From Candidatus Daviesbacteria bacterium (lineage in GTDB: Bacteria; Patescibacteriota; Microgenomatia; Daviesbacterales; UBA10151): a DNA stretch of 64,000 nt. Positions within the stretch are counted from its first letter, which is position 1, and the number at the start of each line of letters is the position of its first letter. The stretch spans positions 245,688 through 309,687 of the forward strand of contig JACPKM010000001.1 in the NCBI GenBank assembly GCA_016187025.1, read 5' to 3'. Below the pieces are notes generated by a model. It had not been told where the DNA came from. It ran no database searches and was given only the letters and a program-made list of their open reading frames with translations. Below are positions 17,247-26,669 of the stretch, one piece after another. Made by a program: the position numbers and the translations under genes.

Positions 17247-17859
17247 CACATCTAGAAAAAAGCTTTCAGAGATAAGGCAGAAATTTGAAGATATTACAAC
17301 TTTTGGTAAGAATACATCTTTTCAGGAGCTGGTAGGCAGTTTGATGACAGTTCCCCTGTTATCAGAACAAAGATTAATAATCTTAGAAAACCCACCTGAA
17401 GATTTTGAGTTTGGAGATATTGGAACCCAAACTTTTTTGGCTATCTGGTTTGACCATGAAGTATCAGAAAAGAAAAAAATTATAATTTGGGCCAAACAAA
17501 ATGCCCATGTTTTTTATTTTCCTCCAGAAAAAGAAATAACAATCTTTCCATTCTTGGACTTACTGGCAAATAAAGACAAGAAAGCTTTTGTACAAATTGA
17601 GAAGTTAAAAGAGAGTAAAGATTTTGATAGTTTCTATTTTTTAACAATGTCTTTTTATCTACTAAGAAATTTAACAACTGATTCTAAAGCCATGCCTGTC
17701 TTTGTAAAACAAAAACTGGAAAAACAACGAAAAAACTTTTCTAAGAAAGAAATTAAAAAAATATACAAACAAATTTTAGAGATAGAATACAAGCTTAAAA
17801 ACGGGTTGATGGAGCAGGACCAAGCAGAATTTTTACTGATTTACTCTTTTGTTAATTAG
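17212..17859 (+). CDS. holA: Short DNA polymerase III delta (HolA)-like protein
   Basis: PLLSEQRLIILEN and C-terminal ILEIEYKLKNG resemble HolA; much shorter than canonical. Confidence 0.55.
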   Translation: MKPLLLHGSAINTSRKKLSEIRQKFEDITTFGKNTSFQELVGSLMTVPLLSEQRLIILENPPEDFEFGDIGTQTFLAIWFDHEVSEKKKIIIWAKQNAHVFYFPPEKEITIFPFLDLLANKDKKAFVQIEKLKESKDFDSFYFLTMSFYLLRNLTTDSKAMPVFVKQKLEKQRKNFSKKEIKKIYKQILEIEYKLKNGLMEQDQAEFLLIYSFVN

Positions 17860-18796
17860 AGCTTTTTATTTCATCAATTCTTTTGCTGATCAAGTCCAAA
17901 TCTTTTTGATTCACAACACCATCACTGTTTAAATCAGCCCTTTTATCTTTGGGGCTTTTACCAAAGTTTTTTAATACAATTGCATGGTCTGATGCATTAA
18001 TTTTTCCGTCACTATTTAAATCATAAATTACTTCTTTGCTTGATAAAGATGGACTAGGGGACGGGCTTGACTGCTTGGCAGTTAAATCCAGGTTTTGGCC
18101 GATTTTTATTACTCCTATTGTTTCTCCATCTTGTCTAATTTTAAAAATTGCCGTGCCTTGTGAGTCTGCAGAAATGACAATCAGTTTGGCCAAAGTATCT
18201 TCTTCTAATTTAAAAGCATCTCCTAAATCATCGGTCTTCATGTTACTAATTGGAATGATAAAGTTACCAAAATCTTTAATCAGCGATGATTGGGTGGTTG
18301 CTCCGGCAATAGATAGATACACAATGCCATCTTTAAGTGGTTGATTACCTGATACCACAGATCCGATGATAGGTTTAAAACCATTGTTGTCAAGTTTAGG
18401 TGGCGCAGTTTTAAACGTTAAAATCTCACTTGCTTGTCTACCAGCGACAATTTTAAATTTATATTCACTCTGAGGGCTCAAATCCTTTAGGGTGACATAG
18501 TGAATTTGGCGGGGTTGCGGGGTATTAGTGTCTCTATCATCCAAAGCAGTCTTTTCATTCGGAGAGGATAAACCAAAAGTAACAAATCCGGATGTAATTA
18601 CAACTGTTTTCCAGGAAATAATAACGGAATTATCTTCAATGTTTGAGAAAGTAATGTTTTGCGGTGCAGTATCTGGACCAGCAAAACTTGTTATTGTTTG
18701 TTGATTTAAAACCAAAAATACTCCAGCAGAAGTCCCTAAAATTATAATGGCAAGTCCTAGTAAGGTTGGTATTCTAAACTTAGTAAAAAAACTCAT
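17852..18796 (-). CDS. Membrane-anchored FN3-like + dockerin-domain surface protein
   Basis: N-terminal TM, ISWKT..HYVTLKDLSPQSEYKFKI (FN3/PAP-N-like) and duplicated DLNSDGxxNxxD dockerin motifs. Confidence 0.8.
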   Translation of the reverse strand: MSFFTKFRIPTLLGLAIIILGTSAGVFLVLNQQTITSFAGPDTAPQNITFSNIEDNSVIISWKTVVITSGFVTFGLSSPNEKTALDDRDTNTPQPRQIHYVTLKDLSPQSEYKFKIVAGRQASEILTFKTAPPKLDNNGFKPIIGSVVSGNQPLKDGIVYLSIAGATTQSSLIKDFGNFIIPISNMKTDDLGDAFKLEEDTLAKLIVISADSQGTAIFKIRQDGETIGVIKIGQNLDLTAKQSSPSPSPSLSSKEVIYDLNSDGKINASDHAIVLKNFGKSPKDKRADLNSDGVVNQKDLDLISKRIDEIKSSN

Positions 18797-18799
18797 ACA

Positions 18800-18973
18800 T
18801 TAGTTACCTTCTAGCCCGCTCAAGTCAAAGTTAGGATTTATAGGCTCGATTATTTCTTTTGTTTTGGCAGGAATCTCAACTTGACTTCTGGCATGCAAGA
18901 CATCAAAGAGAACCCATGAGCAAATTGTAACAAATGTGGCAATAGCAATGATCAAAATATCTTTTCTTGTCAT
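18800..18973 (-). CDS. 57-aa single-TM protein in the pilN-pilO operon (absent from the ORF track)
   Basis: MTRKDILIIAIATFVTICSWVLFDVLHARSQVEIPAKTKEIIEPINPNFDLSGLEGN*; ATGA overlap with the pilO stop; fills the gap exactly. Confidence 0.75.
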   Translation of the reverse strand: MTRKDILIIAIATFVTICSWVLFDVLHARSQVEIPAKTKEIIEPINPNFDLSGLEGN

Positions 18974-19578
18974 CTTAGATAATATGCCTTTCCGGTAATC
19001 GACATTAAAAGGTTGGAAGATTCCTCAGATCCCTTATTGATAATTAAATCGTCAATAGATATAAGCCTAGGGCTTTTTTGAATTTCTGCAAGAATTTTTA
19101 ATAAAGGCTCATAAGGTCCTTCGATATTCACTGTAAACGAAACCTCACTTAGTGTGTTATCAAACTTAGTTGAGGTTGTATGGGGTATGGTTAAGGGTTG
19201 TATTTGAATTGCCGAAATTGTGGCATCATATGTTTTTGAGGATAGCTCAAAAGTTTGTATTAGAGTGGTGTAAGTAATATTACCGGGAATTGCAGATTGA
19301 ATTTTAGTTTTAAGCTGAGTGTTGAGATTATCATAATTTTGTTTACCTAGTGATAAATTTTCAGCTTTTTGGGTAACTTGTTTTAGGATTTCTCTGGAAT
19401 CTTCCAGTTTTATTTGCAAAGTTAATATTGTTTCTATAGTTGGTTTGATGGCAAATAATAAAAAGATACTCATTGCAGCAAATGTAATTACAGTTGTTCC
19501 ATAAGTTCTAATGACCGGAATTTTTGTAACCGGTTTTATATATGTAAAATACCGGGAATTTTTATTTGGTGAGGTCAT
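18970..19578 (-). CDS. pilO: Type IV pilus assembly protein PilO
   Basis: TM FAIKPT, coiled coil, VNIEGPYEPLLKILAEIQKSPRLISIDDL. Confidence 0.85.
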   Translation of the reverse strand: MTSPNKNSRYFTYIKPVTKIPVIRTYGTTVITFAAMSIFLLFAIKPTIETILTLQIKLEDSREILKQVTQKAENLSLGKQNYDNLNTQLKTKIQSAIPGNITYTTLIQTFELSSKTYDATISAIQIQPLTIPHTTSTKFDNTLSEVSFTVNIEGPYEPLLKILAEIQKSPRLISIDDLIINKGSEESSNLLMSITGKAYYLR

Positions 19579-20162
19579 AGTTTCTTTCCTCCATCCTTTC
19601 CTGCATTGCTTGTTGCTGTAACATTGAAGGAGATTGCTCCTTCATCCAGCCCAACTCCTGATAAAATTACATCTTTAAAATTTTCATCTTTTTTGAAAGC
19701 ATTAATCATGCTATTTAAATCAAGGTTGTTTCTAGCACGGCCTTTTAATTTAATAGTTATCTTGCCAACATCTTTTGTTATTGTAATGTTTGATATTTTA
19801 ATATCATTGGGAATTTTATCAGAAATCTCTTTTAATAGGTTAATATAATCGGCACTATTTTGACTGTTTACTTTGATAGTGGATAACTTAAGCTGCGTTT
19901 GGCGAATCAGTAGCTCATATGGCTTTAGGCTTTCGATGTAGGGAATCTGGTTTTCAATAGCTTCTTTAGTGGAGGCCAAGTCTGCGTCCAGTTTAAACCT
20001 AGACAAAAAAACAGTTAAAACCAGTAGCTCTACAAAAACTAAAATATATCTTCCTGTGGAAAGTAGCCATTTAGTAAAGGTAATCCAAATCTTTTCTGGA
20101 TTACTCTGTGGGTGAAGTAAGTCAAGCTTTAGCTTGAAAGGTTCATTTCTCTTGTGGGACAT
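19575..20162 (-). CDS. pilN: Type IV pilus assembly protein PilN
   Basis: LDLL, TM helix, LKEISDKIPNDIKISNI, LKGRA, FKDV; lies upstream of pilO. Confidence 0.8.
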   Translation of the reverse strand: MSHKRNEPFKLKLDLLHPQSNPEKIWITFTKWLLSTGRYILVFVELLVLTVFLSRFKLDADLASTKEAIENQIPYIESLKPYELLIRQTQLKLSTIKVNSQNSADYINLLKEISDKIPNDIKISNITITKDVGKITIKLKGRARNNLDLNSMINAFKKDENFKDVILSGVGLDEGAISFNVTATSNAGKDGGKKL

Positions 20163-20213
20163 AGGATTATTTTAGCAGGGAATGACAAAAGAAATAAGGG
20201 TAAAAACTTATGA

Positions 20214-20450
20214 TTAACTAGCAGCTAGTTTAGCTAGCCTGCTTTTAATTCTATCTGATTTGTTAGGGTGGATTAATTTTACTTTTGCAGCTTTGTCCAA
20301 AGCCGAAAAGGCAAGCTTTAAACTCTGGGGAGTTTTCTTATCTCTTGCATCTTTTACCAGCCTCTTGACGGTTGTTTCCCTTTTGTAATTTCTGATCGTG
20401 CGTATTTTGTCCTGACGCATCTTTTTAATTGCACTTTTAATGATAGGCAT
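20214..20450 (-). CDS. rpsT: 30S ribosomal protein S20
   Basis: MPIIKSAIKKMRQ...LDKAAKVKLIHPNKSDRIKSRL. Confidence 0.95.
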   Translation of the reverse strand: MPIIKSAIKKMRQDKIRTIRNYKRETTVKRLVKDARDKKTPQSLKLAFSALDKAAKVKLIHPNKSDRIKSRLAKLAAS

Positions 20451-20511
20451 AGATGCAAATATAACATGTAGCCTGGTTTTGTTCAAGCTGCAATGCTAAA
20501 ATGACACGTAC

Positions 20512-22152
20512 ATGGTTAAAAATCTTTTTTCTCTTCTGTATTCAAGGCAGACTTCAATTTTATCCGGCGCCTTCATCATGATGGCTACCATGATTTTAGC
20601 AAAGGTATTAGGTCTTGTAAGAGACAGGTTACTAGCGCACACATTCCCACCGGATAGGATCGATATTTTCTGGGCAGCATTTCGTATCCCTGATTTTATA
20701 TTTCAAGTGGTTATTCTGGGAGCTTTATCGGTTGCCTTTATCCCTGTTTTTACTGAACACTTGGAAAACAAGAGTAAAGAAGAAGCCTTTGAATTATCAA
20801 GAGCCTTATTAAATGTTTTTTCATCGGCATTTATTGTTGTAACCTTAGTGATGTTTATTTTTACACAACCAATAATTACCTCTGTTGTTGCTCCCGGATT
20901 TACTGCTGCCAAGCAAGCCCAAGTTGTGGATTTAACCAGAATAATCCTTTTCGGACAGGTGATCTTGGTGTTCGGAGCTTTTTTTATTGGTATTTCACAC
21001 TCTTTCCAAAGGTTTATTGTCCCTTCCTTGGCTCCGGTGCTTTACAACTTAGGGATTATTTTAGGAATTTTTATTTTTGGTAAAGAATTCGGAATACGGG
21101 GGGCAGCATATGGTGTTGTGATCGGTGCACTTTTACATGTTTTAGTGCAGCTTCCTCTTGTTTGGTCCTTAGGCTTTAGATTCAGATTTCCTCCCAGATT
21201 CATACACTCCGGAGTAAAGGAAATTGTGAAGCTGATGAGTATGAGAACTTTTGGACTGGCCGCAGAACAGATAAATGAAACAGTGGGAGCAAGTCTGGCA
21301 TCCTGGGTATCAGGGGGAATAACATATCTAACCTATGCCCAGCATTTGCAAGTTGTGCCGATAGGTCTTTTTGGCGCAACTTTAGCACAGGCTGCCCTTC
21401 CTGTGTTGTCTTCAGAAAAAGCCCGGGGCAGGATAGAAGAGTTTAAAATCACGCTTTTGACAACACTTCACCAGATACTATTTTTGGCGCTTCCTGCAAC
21501 CGCCATTTTAATCGTTATCAGGATACCGGTTGTAAGACTTATTTTTGGTGCCTCGCAGTTTGACTGGGAAGCAACGGTTTTAACAGGCGCAACACTTGCT
21601 TTTCTTTCCATAGGTCTTAGTGCCCAGGCCATATCACTGCTTTTAGTAAGAGGCTTTTATGCGCTGAAAGATACAAAAACCCCTGTTTTTGTATCTTTGT
21701 TTGTAGTGGCTTTAAATATTATTTTGAGCATCTATTTTATTACTTTCCTAAAGCTTGGTGTCTGGAGTATTGGTCTTGCAAACTCCATTTCAGCAATCGT
21801 ATCAGGGGTTTTACTTTTTTGGACTTTACATATAAAGGTAGGTAAATTTGACTTAAAACAAGTACTTTTCCCCTTTTTAAAAATGCTGATGGCTGCAATA
21901 ATTATGGGTGTAGCGATCTATGTTCCAATTAAGCTTTTGGATCAGGTGATTTTTGACACGACCAAAACTATTAATTTATTGGTTTTAACAGGCATCTCTT
22001 CAATGTTTGCTCTCTCGGTTTATGTCGTACTGGTGGGGTTTTTAAAGGTTAGAGAGCTAAAAACCTATGCAGATTTAATCCGGAGAGTAACCAAGTTTCA
22101 GAATAAACTTAAATCGGAAGAGATCATTCCTCCTGAAACTGGTACAGTTTAG
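20512..22152 (+). CDS. murJ: Lipid II flippase MurJ
   Basis: LGLVRD, AAFRIPD, GALSVAFIPVF, RGFYALKDTKTP; multiple TM helices. Confidence 0.95.
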   Translation: MVKNLFSLLYSRQTSILSGAFIMMATMILAKVLGLVRDRLLAHTFPPDRIDIFWAAFRIPDFIFQVVILGALSVAFIPVFTEHLENKSKEEAFELSRALLNVFSSAFIVVTLVMFIFTQPIITSVVAPGFTAAKQAQVVDLTRIILFGQVILVFGAFFIGISHSFQRFIVPSLAPVLYNLGIILGIFIFGKEFGIRGAAYGVVIGALLHVLVQLPLVWSLGFRFRFPPRFIHSGVKEIVKLMSMRTFGLAAEQINETVGASLASWVSGGITYLTYAQHLQVVPIGLFGATLAQAALPVLSSEKARGRIEEFKITLLTTLHQILFLALPATAILIVIRIPVVRLIFGASQFDWEATVLTGATLAFLSIGLSAQAISLLLVRGFYALKDTKTPVFVSLFVVALNIILSIYFITFLKLGVWSIGLANSISAIVSGVLLFWTLHIKVGKFDLKQVLFPFLKMLMAAIIMGVAIYVPIKLLDQVIFDTTKTINLLVLTGISSMFALSVYVVLVGFLKVRELKTYADLIRRVTKFQNKLKSEEIIPPETGTV

Positions 22153-22203
22153 AGATATAATTTGAGCATAGCGAAAATTTCAAGCTATGCTTATAATTGC
22201 TGG

Positions 22204-23961
22204 ATGAATATTCGGAACTTTTCAATTATCGCGCACGTTGATCACGGCAAGTCTACTTTGGCAGATAGGTTGCTTGAGGTAACAGGGACGGTGACCGGAG
22301 ATAAGATGAAGCCACAGCTTTTAGATTCTTTGGCTTTGGAGCGTGAACGTGGCATTACTATTAAGCTTGCCCCTGTGCGATTATCCTACACTTTGAACTC
22401 TGAACTTTTCACTTTGAACTTAATTGATACTCCCGGCCATGTAGATTTTTCTTATGAAGTATCACGCGCTTTGGCGGCAGTTGAAGGAGCAATACTAATG
22501 GTTGATGCGACCAAAGGGGTTCAAGCCCAAACTTTGGCTCATGGCTTGGCAGCTTTAGAGCAAAATCTTACTTTAATCCCGGTTATAAACAAAGTTGATC
22601 TACCTAATGCAGACATAGAAAAAGTTAAAAAAGAGTTAGTTGAAACATTCGGTTTCCTAGAAAACGAGATTATTTTAGCGTCCGGAAAAACCGGTGAAGG
22701 AGTGGAAGGTTTATTAAAAGCAATTATCGAGAGAATCCCTCCTCCGCTACAACCTACTACCTACAGCCTACGCGCTCTCATCTTTGACTCTTTCTTTGAT
22801 GCATATAAAGGAGTAATAGCACAAATTAGAGTAATAGAAGGTGAGGTTCCTCAGAATCAAACTCAAATTCACTTTCTTGGTGCAAAGTCTAGTGGACAAG
22901 TGTTGGAAAAGGGTTATTTTGCTCCTGCTTTAGCACAAACTGAAAAGTTGGTTGCAGGGGAAATTGGATATATTGCAACGGGTGTAAAGATTCCTGATTT
23001 AGTAAGGGTTGGAGATACTATTTCCACAGACCCTCATGCCCAAGCACTTCCAGGCTACAAACAGGTTAAGCCCATGGTGTTTGTTGGGCTTTATCCAATT
23101 GATCAGGATGAATATCACGACATTAAAGAAGCTTTAGAGCGTTTCCGCCTAAGTGACCCAGCTTTTATCTACGAAGTGGAAAACTCAAAGGCTTTAGGGG
23201 CAGGTTTCAGATGTGGATTTTTAGGCTTACTCCATGCTGAGGTTGTACAAGAAAGACTGTCCGGAGAATTTAATGCGGATTTAATAGCAACTGCACCATC
23301 GGTTGAGTATTTAGTTGATAACCAGCTAATCCATAATCCAGCAGATTTAGATCCTTCACGCTTGCAGGAGATTAAAGAACCTTGGGTTAAATTACAAATT
23401 TTTGTACCCCAAACTTTTATTGGATCAGTCATGGAGCTTGTTCAAGACCGCAGGGGAAAATTTATTAATATGGTGCATTTTGGAGCGCAAGTAGAACTTT
23501 CTTATGAAATGCCTTTGTCTGAAATGATCACTGATTTTTATGATAGGTTAAAATCAGTTTCTTCTGGGTTTGCCTCACTGGATTGGTCATTTTTAGAGTT
23601 TAGGATAGTGGATGCAGTAAGAGTAGACTTTCTAGTTGGTGGAGAAAAAGTGGATGCTCTATCAATAATTATTTTTAGATCAAAAGCGGAATTTGTTGCA
23701 AGAAAACTGGTAGAAAGATTAAAAGAAGTCTTACCCCGGCAAAATTTTGCTATTGCCATACAGGCCACAATTGGAGGCACGATTATTGCTAGAGAGACTA
23801 TATCGCCGTTTAGAAAAGATGTAACGGCAAAACTATATGGAGGTGATAGGACCAGAAAAGATAAGCTTTTGGAAAAACAGAAGAAAGGGAAAAAGAGGAT
23901 GAAGATGGTAGGAAGTGTTGAGATTCCCCAGGAAGCTTTCTTAAGTATACTAAAATCTTAG
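22204..23961 (+). CDS. lepA: Elongation factor 4 (LepA)
   Basis: IRNFSIIAHVDHGKSTLADR, GFRCGFLGLLH, RKDVTAKLYGGD. Confidence 0.98.
   Translation: MNIRNFSIIAHVDHGKSTLADRLLEVTGTVTGDKMKPQLLDSLALERERGITIKLAPVRLSYTLNSELFTLNLIDTPGHVDFSYEVSRALAAVEGAILMVDATKGVQAQTLAHGLAALEQNLTLIPVINKVDLPNADIEKVKKELVETFGFLENEIILASGKTGEGVEGLLKAIIERIPPPLQPTTYSLRALIFDSFFDAYKGVIAQIRVIEGEVPQNQTQIHFLGAKSSGQVLEKGYFAPALAQTEKLVAGEIGYIATGVKIPDLVRVGDTISTDPHAQALPGYKQVKPMVFVGLYPIDQDEYHDIKEALERFRLSDPAFIYEVENSKALGAGFRCGFLGLLHAEVVQERLSGEFNADLIATAPSVEYLVDNQLIHNPADLDPSRLQEIKEPWVKLQIFVPQTFIGSVMELVQDRRGKFINMVHFGAQVELSYEMPLSEMITDFYDRLKSVSSGFASLDWSFLEFRIVDAVRVDFLVGGEKVDALSIIIFRSKAEFVARKLVERLKEVLPRQNFAIAIQATIGGTIIARETISPFRKDVTAKLYGGDRTRKDKLLEKQKKGKKRMKMVGSVEIPQEAFLSILKS
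22390..22420 (+). repeat. Period-7 tandem array inside lepA
   Basis: actttga/actctga/acttttc/actttga/act. Confidence 0.8.
22747..22771 (+). repeat. Second period-7 tandem array inside lepA
   Basis: ctacaac/ctactac/ctacagc/ctac. Confidence 0.75.
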
Positions 23962-23967
23962 AGGGTT

Positions 23968-24117
23968 ATGAATATTTATCACTATACACATTTAGATAAT
24001 TGGTCTGGTCTAAAAATAGAAAAACAGGAGTTTATCTTTTTTATGATAGAGCCAAGTTTGAAAAAGTTTAGACTATACCAAAATTACGCAATTGCGAAAA
24101 AATGGTACAAACTATGA
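23968..24117 (+). pseudogene. 49-codon ORF, possible remnant of a DarT/ART-like or DUF2971-like gene
   Basis: Begins MNIYHYTHLDNWSGL, resembling the YHxTHxxNL..I start of such families. Confidence 0.35.
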
Positions 24118-24147
24118 TAACAATAGTTGTAAGATAATATTTACAAT

Positions 24148-25125
24148 ATGAAAGTTATTAAGCCAAAAAAGCTAAATAAAGGAGATACCATTGGCATTGT
24201 TGCATCTTCTTTACCAGTTCTCCCTGTTTTCAAAAAAAATTACGAGCAAGGTAAAAAAGTAATTAAAGATTTAGGATTTAAAATTAAAGAAGGGGAAACA
24301 ATCGGTAAGCAAAGATGGTGGATGGCAGGGACTCCAAAAGAAGTAGCAGAGGATATTAATAATATGTTTGCTGATAAAGGCGTTAAAGCCATTATGGCCC
24401 AAACTGGTGGTTATTCTGCTATTTCTGTCTTGGAGCATCTAGACTATGAACTTATAACTCAAAACATAAAACCTTTTGTTGGTATGTCTGATATGACCGC
24501 ATACCATTTAGCAATTTTTGCTAAAACTGGAATGGTGGGTTTTCATATGGATGATGTAACCTTTGGTCTTGGTATGAATGCATCATCTGGTAAAGATAAA
24601 AAACTTTTAGAATTTGATGAAGAGATGTTTATAAAGTTTTTAACCAGAACAGATCCACCCGGAATTATTAAACCCTTAACAGAATGGGAGGAATGGAAAA
24701 AAGGAAAAGCTAAAGGTCATTTAATTGGAGGAATATTGCAACTTCTCACAAGACACATAGGTACACCATATTTTCCGAAATTGGAGGAATTTGATGGAGC
24801 TATTCTATTTTGGGAGGAAGTGGGTAAAGAAAGATATGAAATTGCCAGATGTCTTTATCAGCTTAAATATGCTGGTATATTAGATAGAATTTCTGGGATG
24901 TTAATAGGTAAAATAAAATATGTAAAACCGATTAGAGATCAGGAGGTGAGGGAGCCTGAAGTTAAAGATTTAGTTTTGGAAATACTAAAAGATTACAAAT
25001 TTCCTATAATGCAAAATTTGGACTTTGGTCATTTTACTGTCAATATCCCTATGCCAATTGGAACCAAAGTGGAATTTGATACAAAAAATCTGTTGCTTAA
25101 TTTTTTGGAGTCTCCGGTTTCTTAA
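24148..25125 (+). CDS. S66 family LD-carboxypeptidase (MccF-like)
   Basis: LNKGDTIGIVASS, GGYSA, VGMSDMT (Ser), FWEEV (Glu), DFGH (His). Confidence 0.92.
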   Translation: MKVIKPKKLNKGDTIGIVASSLPVLPVFKKNYEQGKKVIKDLGFKIKEGETIGKQRWWMAGTPKEVAEDINNMFADKGVKAIMAQTGGYSAISVLEHLDYELITQNIKPFVGMSDMTAYHLAIFAKTGMVGFHMDDVTFGLGMNASSGKDKKLLEFDEEMFIKFLTRTDPPGIIKPLTEWEEWKKGKAKGHLIGGILQLLTRHIGTPYFPKLEEFDGAILFWEEVGKERYEIARCLYQLKYAGILDRISGMLIGKIKYVKPIRDQEVREPEVKDLVLEILKDYKFPIMQNLDFGHFTVNIPMPIGTKVEFDTKNLLLNFLESPVS

Positions 25126-25847
25126 TAGTTCATACGATTTACTCTACAATTAGGACATCTTAAGGTGTCTGATTGAAAAAGCCGCATAATCTTATCTGAG
25201 GATTTAAAGCTAACTTCAGTGTTGTTTTCTAAAGTGTAGATATCAGGATTGTTATCAAAGCTTAAGGTGGCAGGTCCTCTTAATAGCTTAATTTTTACTA
25301 AATCTTTCTGCTTAAAAAGAATTGGTTTTAGTTTTTCAGTGGTGTTATTAAGAGCAACTCCGTAAAAACCATTTGAAAAAGTTTGGTGAGTAATACTTTT
25401 ATAATAGCCGCTTGCTCCAAACTCAGTTGCAACCACAGCACCATCTCCAATAATTAGTTTATCTGTAACTTGTTCTCCATTTTTTGATATTAGGAATCTA
25501 ATTGCATGAATAGGTAGTTGGTTTCTAATGACAAAATCATTTACAGCAGTTAGTGTTGTCTGTTCAAAGCTTGCCTCTAGCTTTGCAAATTCTGTTAATT
25601 TTAAATGTCCATCTTTTAATTTTCTAAATAGTTCTACGTCTTTGTGAGGGGTGCATTTGACACAAATTGAATTATCCCTGATTGCAAGCTTGGGAATTTG
25701 GGGGTACCTGCTTTCAGCAGATAAAAGAGTGCCATCGCCACCATATGTAATTATGACTTCTGGATTACTATCAGTTAGGTTAAAACCTAAAGGTTCCAAA
25801 AGGGGAGTTAACTCATCAGATCTTTTGCCAAAAAGAGAAGCCTTCAT
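25122..25847 (-). CDS. nadK: NAD(+) kinase family protein
   Basis: GGDGTLL, AVND, GDGAVVATEFGASGYYKS. Confidence 0.88.
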   Translation of the reverse strand: MKASLFGKRSDELTPLLEPLGFNLTDSNPEVIITYGGDGTLLSAESRYPQIPKLAIRDNSICVKCTPHKDVELFRKLKDGHLKLTEFAKLEASFEQTTLTAVNDFVIRNQLPIHAIRFLISKNGEQVTDKLIIGDGAVVATEFGASGYYKSITHQTFSNGFYGVALNNTTEKLKPILFKQKDLVKIKLLRGPATLSFDNNPDIYTLENNTEVSFKSSDKIMRLFQSDTLRCPNCRVNRMNY

Positions 25848-25889
25848 CTGCTAAATTATACTCTGAAATTACTTATTATTGCTAGGATC

Positions 25890-25927
25890 TTGACAGATTA
25901 TTAGCAGTCATGGTATCTTAGTGCTAA
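25890..25927 (+). promoter_or_regulatory. CIRCE operator overlapping the hrcA promoter
   Basis: TTAGCAGTC-N9-TAGTGCTAA (25901-25927) versus consensus TTAGCACTC-N9-GAGTGCTAA; TTGACA at 25890. Confidence 0.9.
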
Positions 25928-25937
25928 GACTAATCTT

Positions 25938-26669
25938 ATGTCAAATCTATCTGATAGACAGAAGGCTCTGCTTAAAGCGATTATAGAAGAGTATATTAAT
26001 TCAGCCGAACCAGTCGGATCTGAGGTTATCGAAAGAAAACATAACCTTGGTGTTTCCCCCGCCACTATCCGCATTGAAATGGGAAAACTTACCGAAGCAG
26101 GATTTTTGCGCCAGCCTCATACTTCAGCCGGACGAATCCCAACCTCAGTTGGTTTAAGACTTTATGTGCAAGAGTTGATGAAAGAAAAGCAGGTGCCAGT
26201 TACAGCTGAGGTTTCTATAAAAGAGAGCCTTTGGCAGCAAAGATTGCAAAGAGAAAGAGTGCTAAAAGAAGCAGTAAAGGCCTTGGCGCAAAAATGTAGT
26301 ATGTTGGGAATGGCTGTTACTGATGATGGAGAGACTTATTATGCTGGAGCAGCAAATATTTTGGATTGGCCGGAGTTTTATGACATTGATGTGGCAAGAT
26401 TTGTGTTATCGCTTTTTGATGAGGATCCTAGACTCCAGGAAATTATAGGTAAGGCTCAAGGATCAGATCCAATACATATTCTGTTTGGAGAGGAATTAGG
26501 TTTTGAGTACTTGAGGTCAACTGGCTTTGTGTTTACCAGATTTGAGCTGGGGCCAAAAATTGGAGTGCTGGGAATAGTTGGACCAGCCAGGATGAACTTC
26601 GCCTTGGTTTTACCTTATGTTAAGTATGTGAGGGATTTGGTTTATGAGGCAGGCACTCATTGGGTATGA
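25938..26669 (+). CDS. hrcA: Heat-inducible transcription repressor HrcA
   Basis: LKAIIEEYI..AEPVGS, SPATIR, QPHTSAGRIPT, GIVGPARM. Confidence 0.95.
   Translation: MSNLSDRQKALLKAIIEEYINSAEPVGSEVIERKHNLGVSPATIRIEMGKLTEAGFLRQPHTSAGRIPTSVGLRLYVQELMKEKQVPVTAEVSIKESLWQQRLQRERVLKEAVKALAQKCSMLGMAVTDDGETYYAGAANILDWPEFYDIDVARFVLSLFDEDPRLQEIIGKAQGSDPIHILFGEELGFEYLRSTGFVFTRFELGPKIGVLGIVGPARMNFALVLPYVKYVRDLVYEAGTHWV

Noticed and set aside
22120-22152. Sortase LPxTG-like motif (PPETG) at the MurJ C-terminus
   Set aside because: Not followed by a TM helix and basic tail, and MurJ is a polytopic membrane protein.
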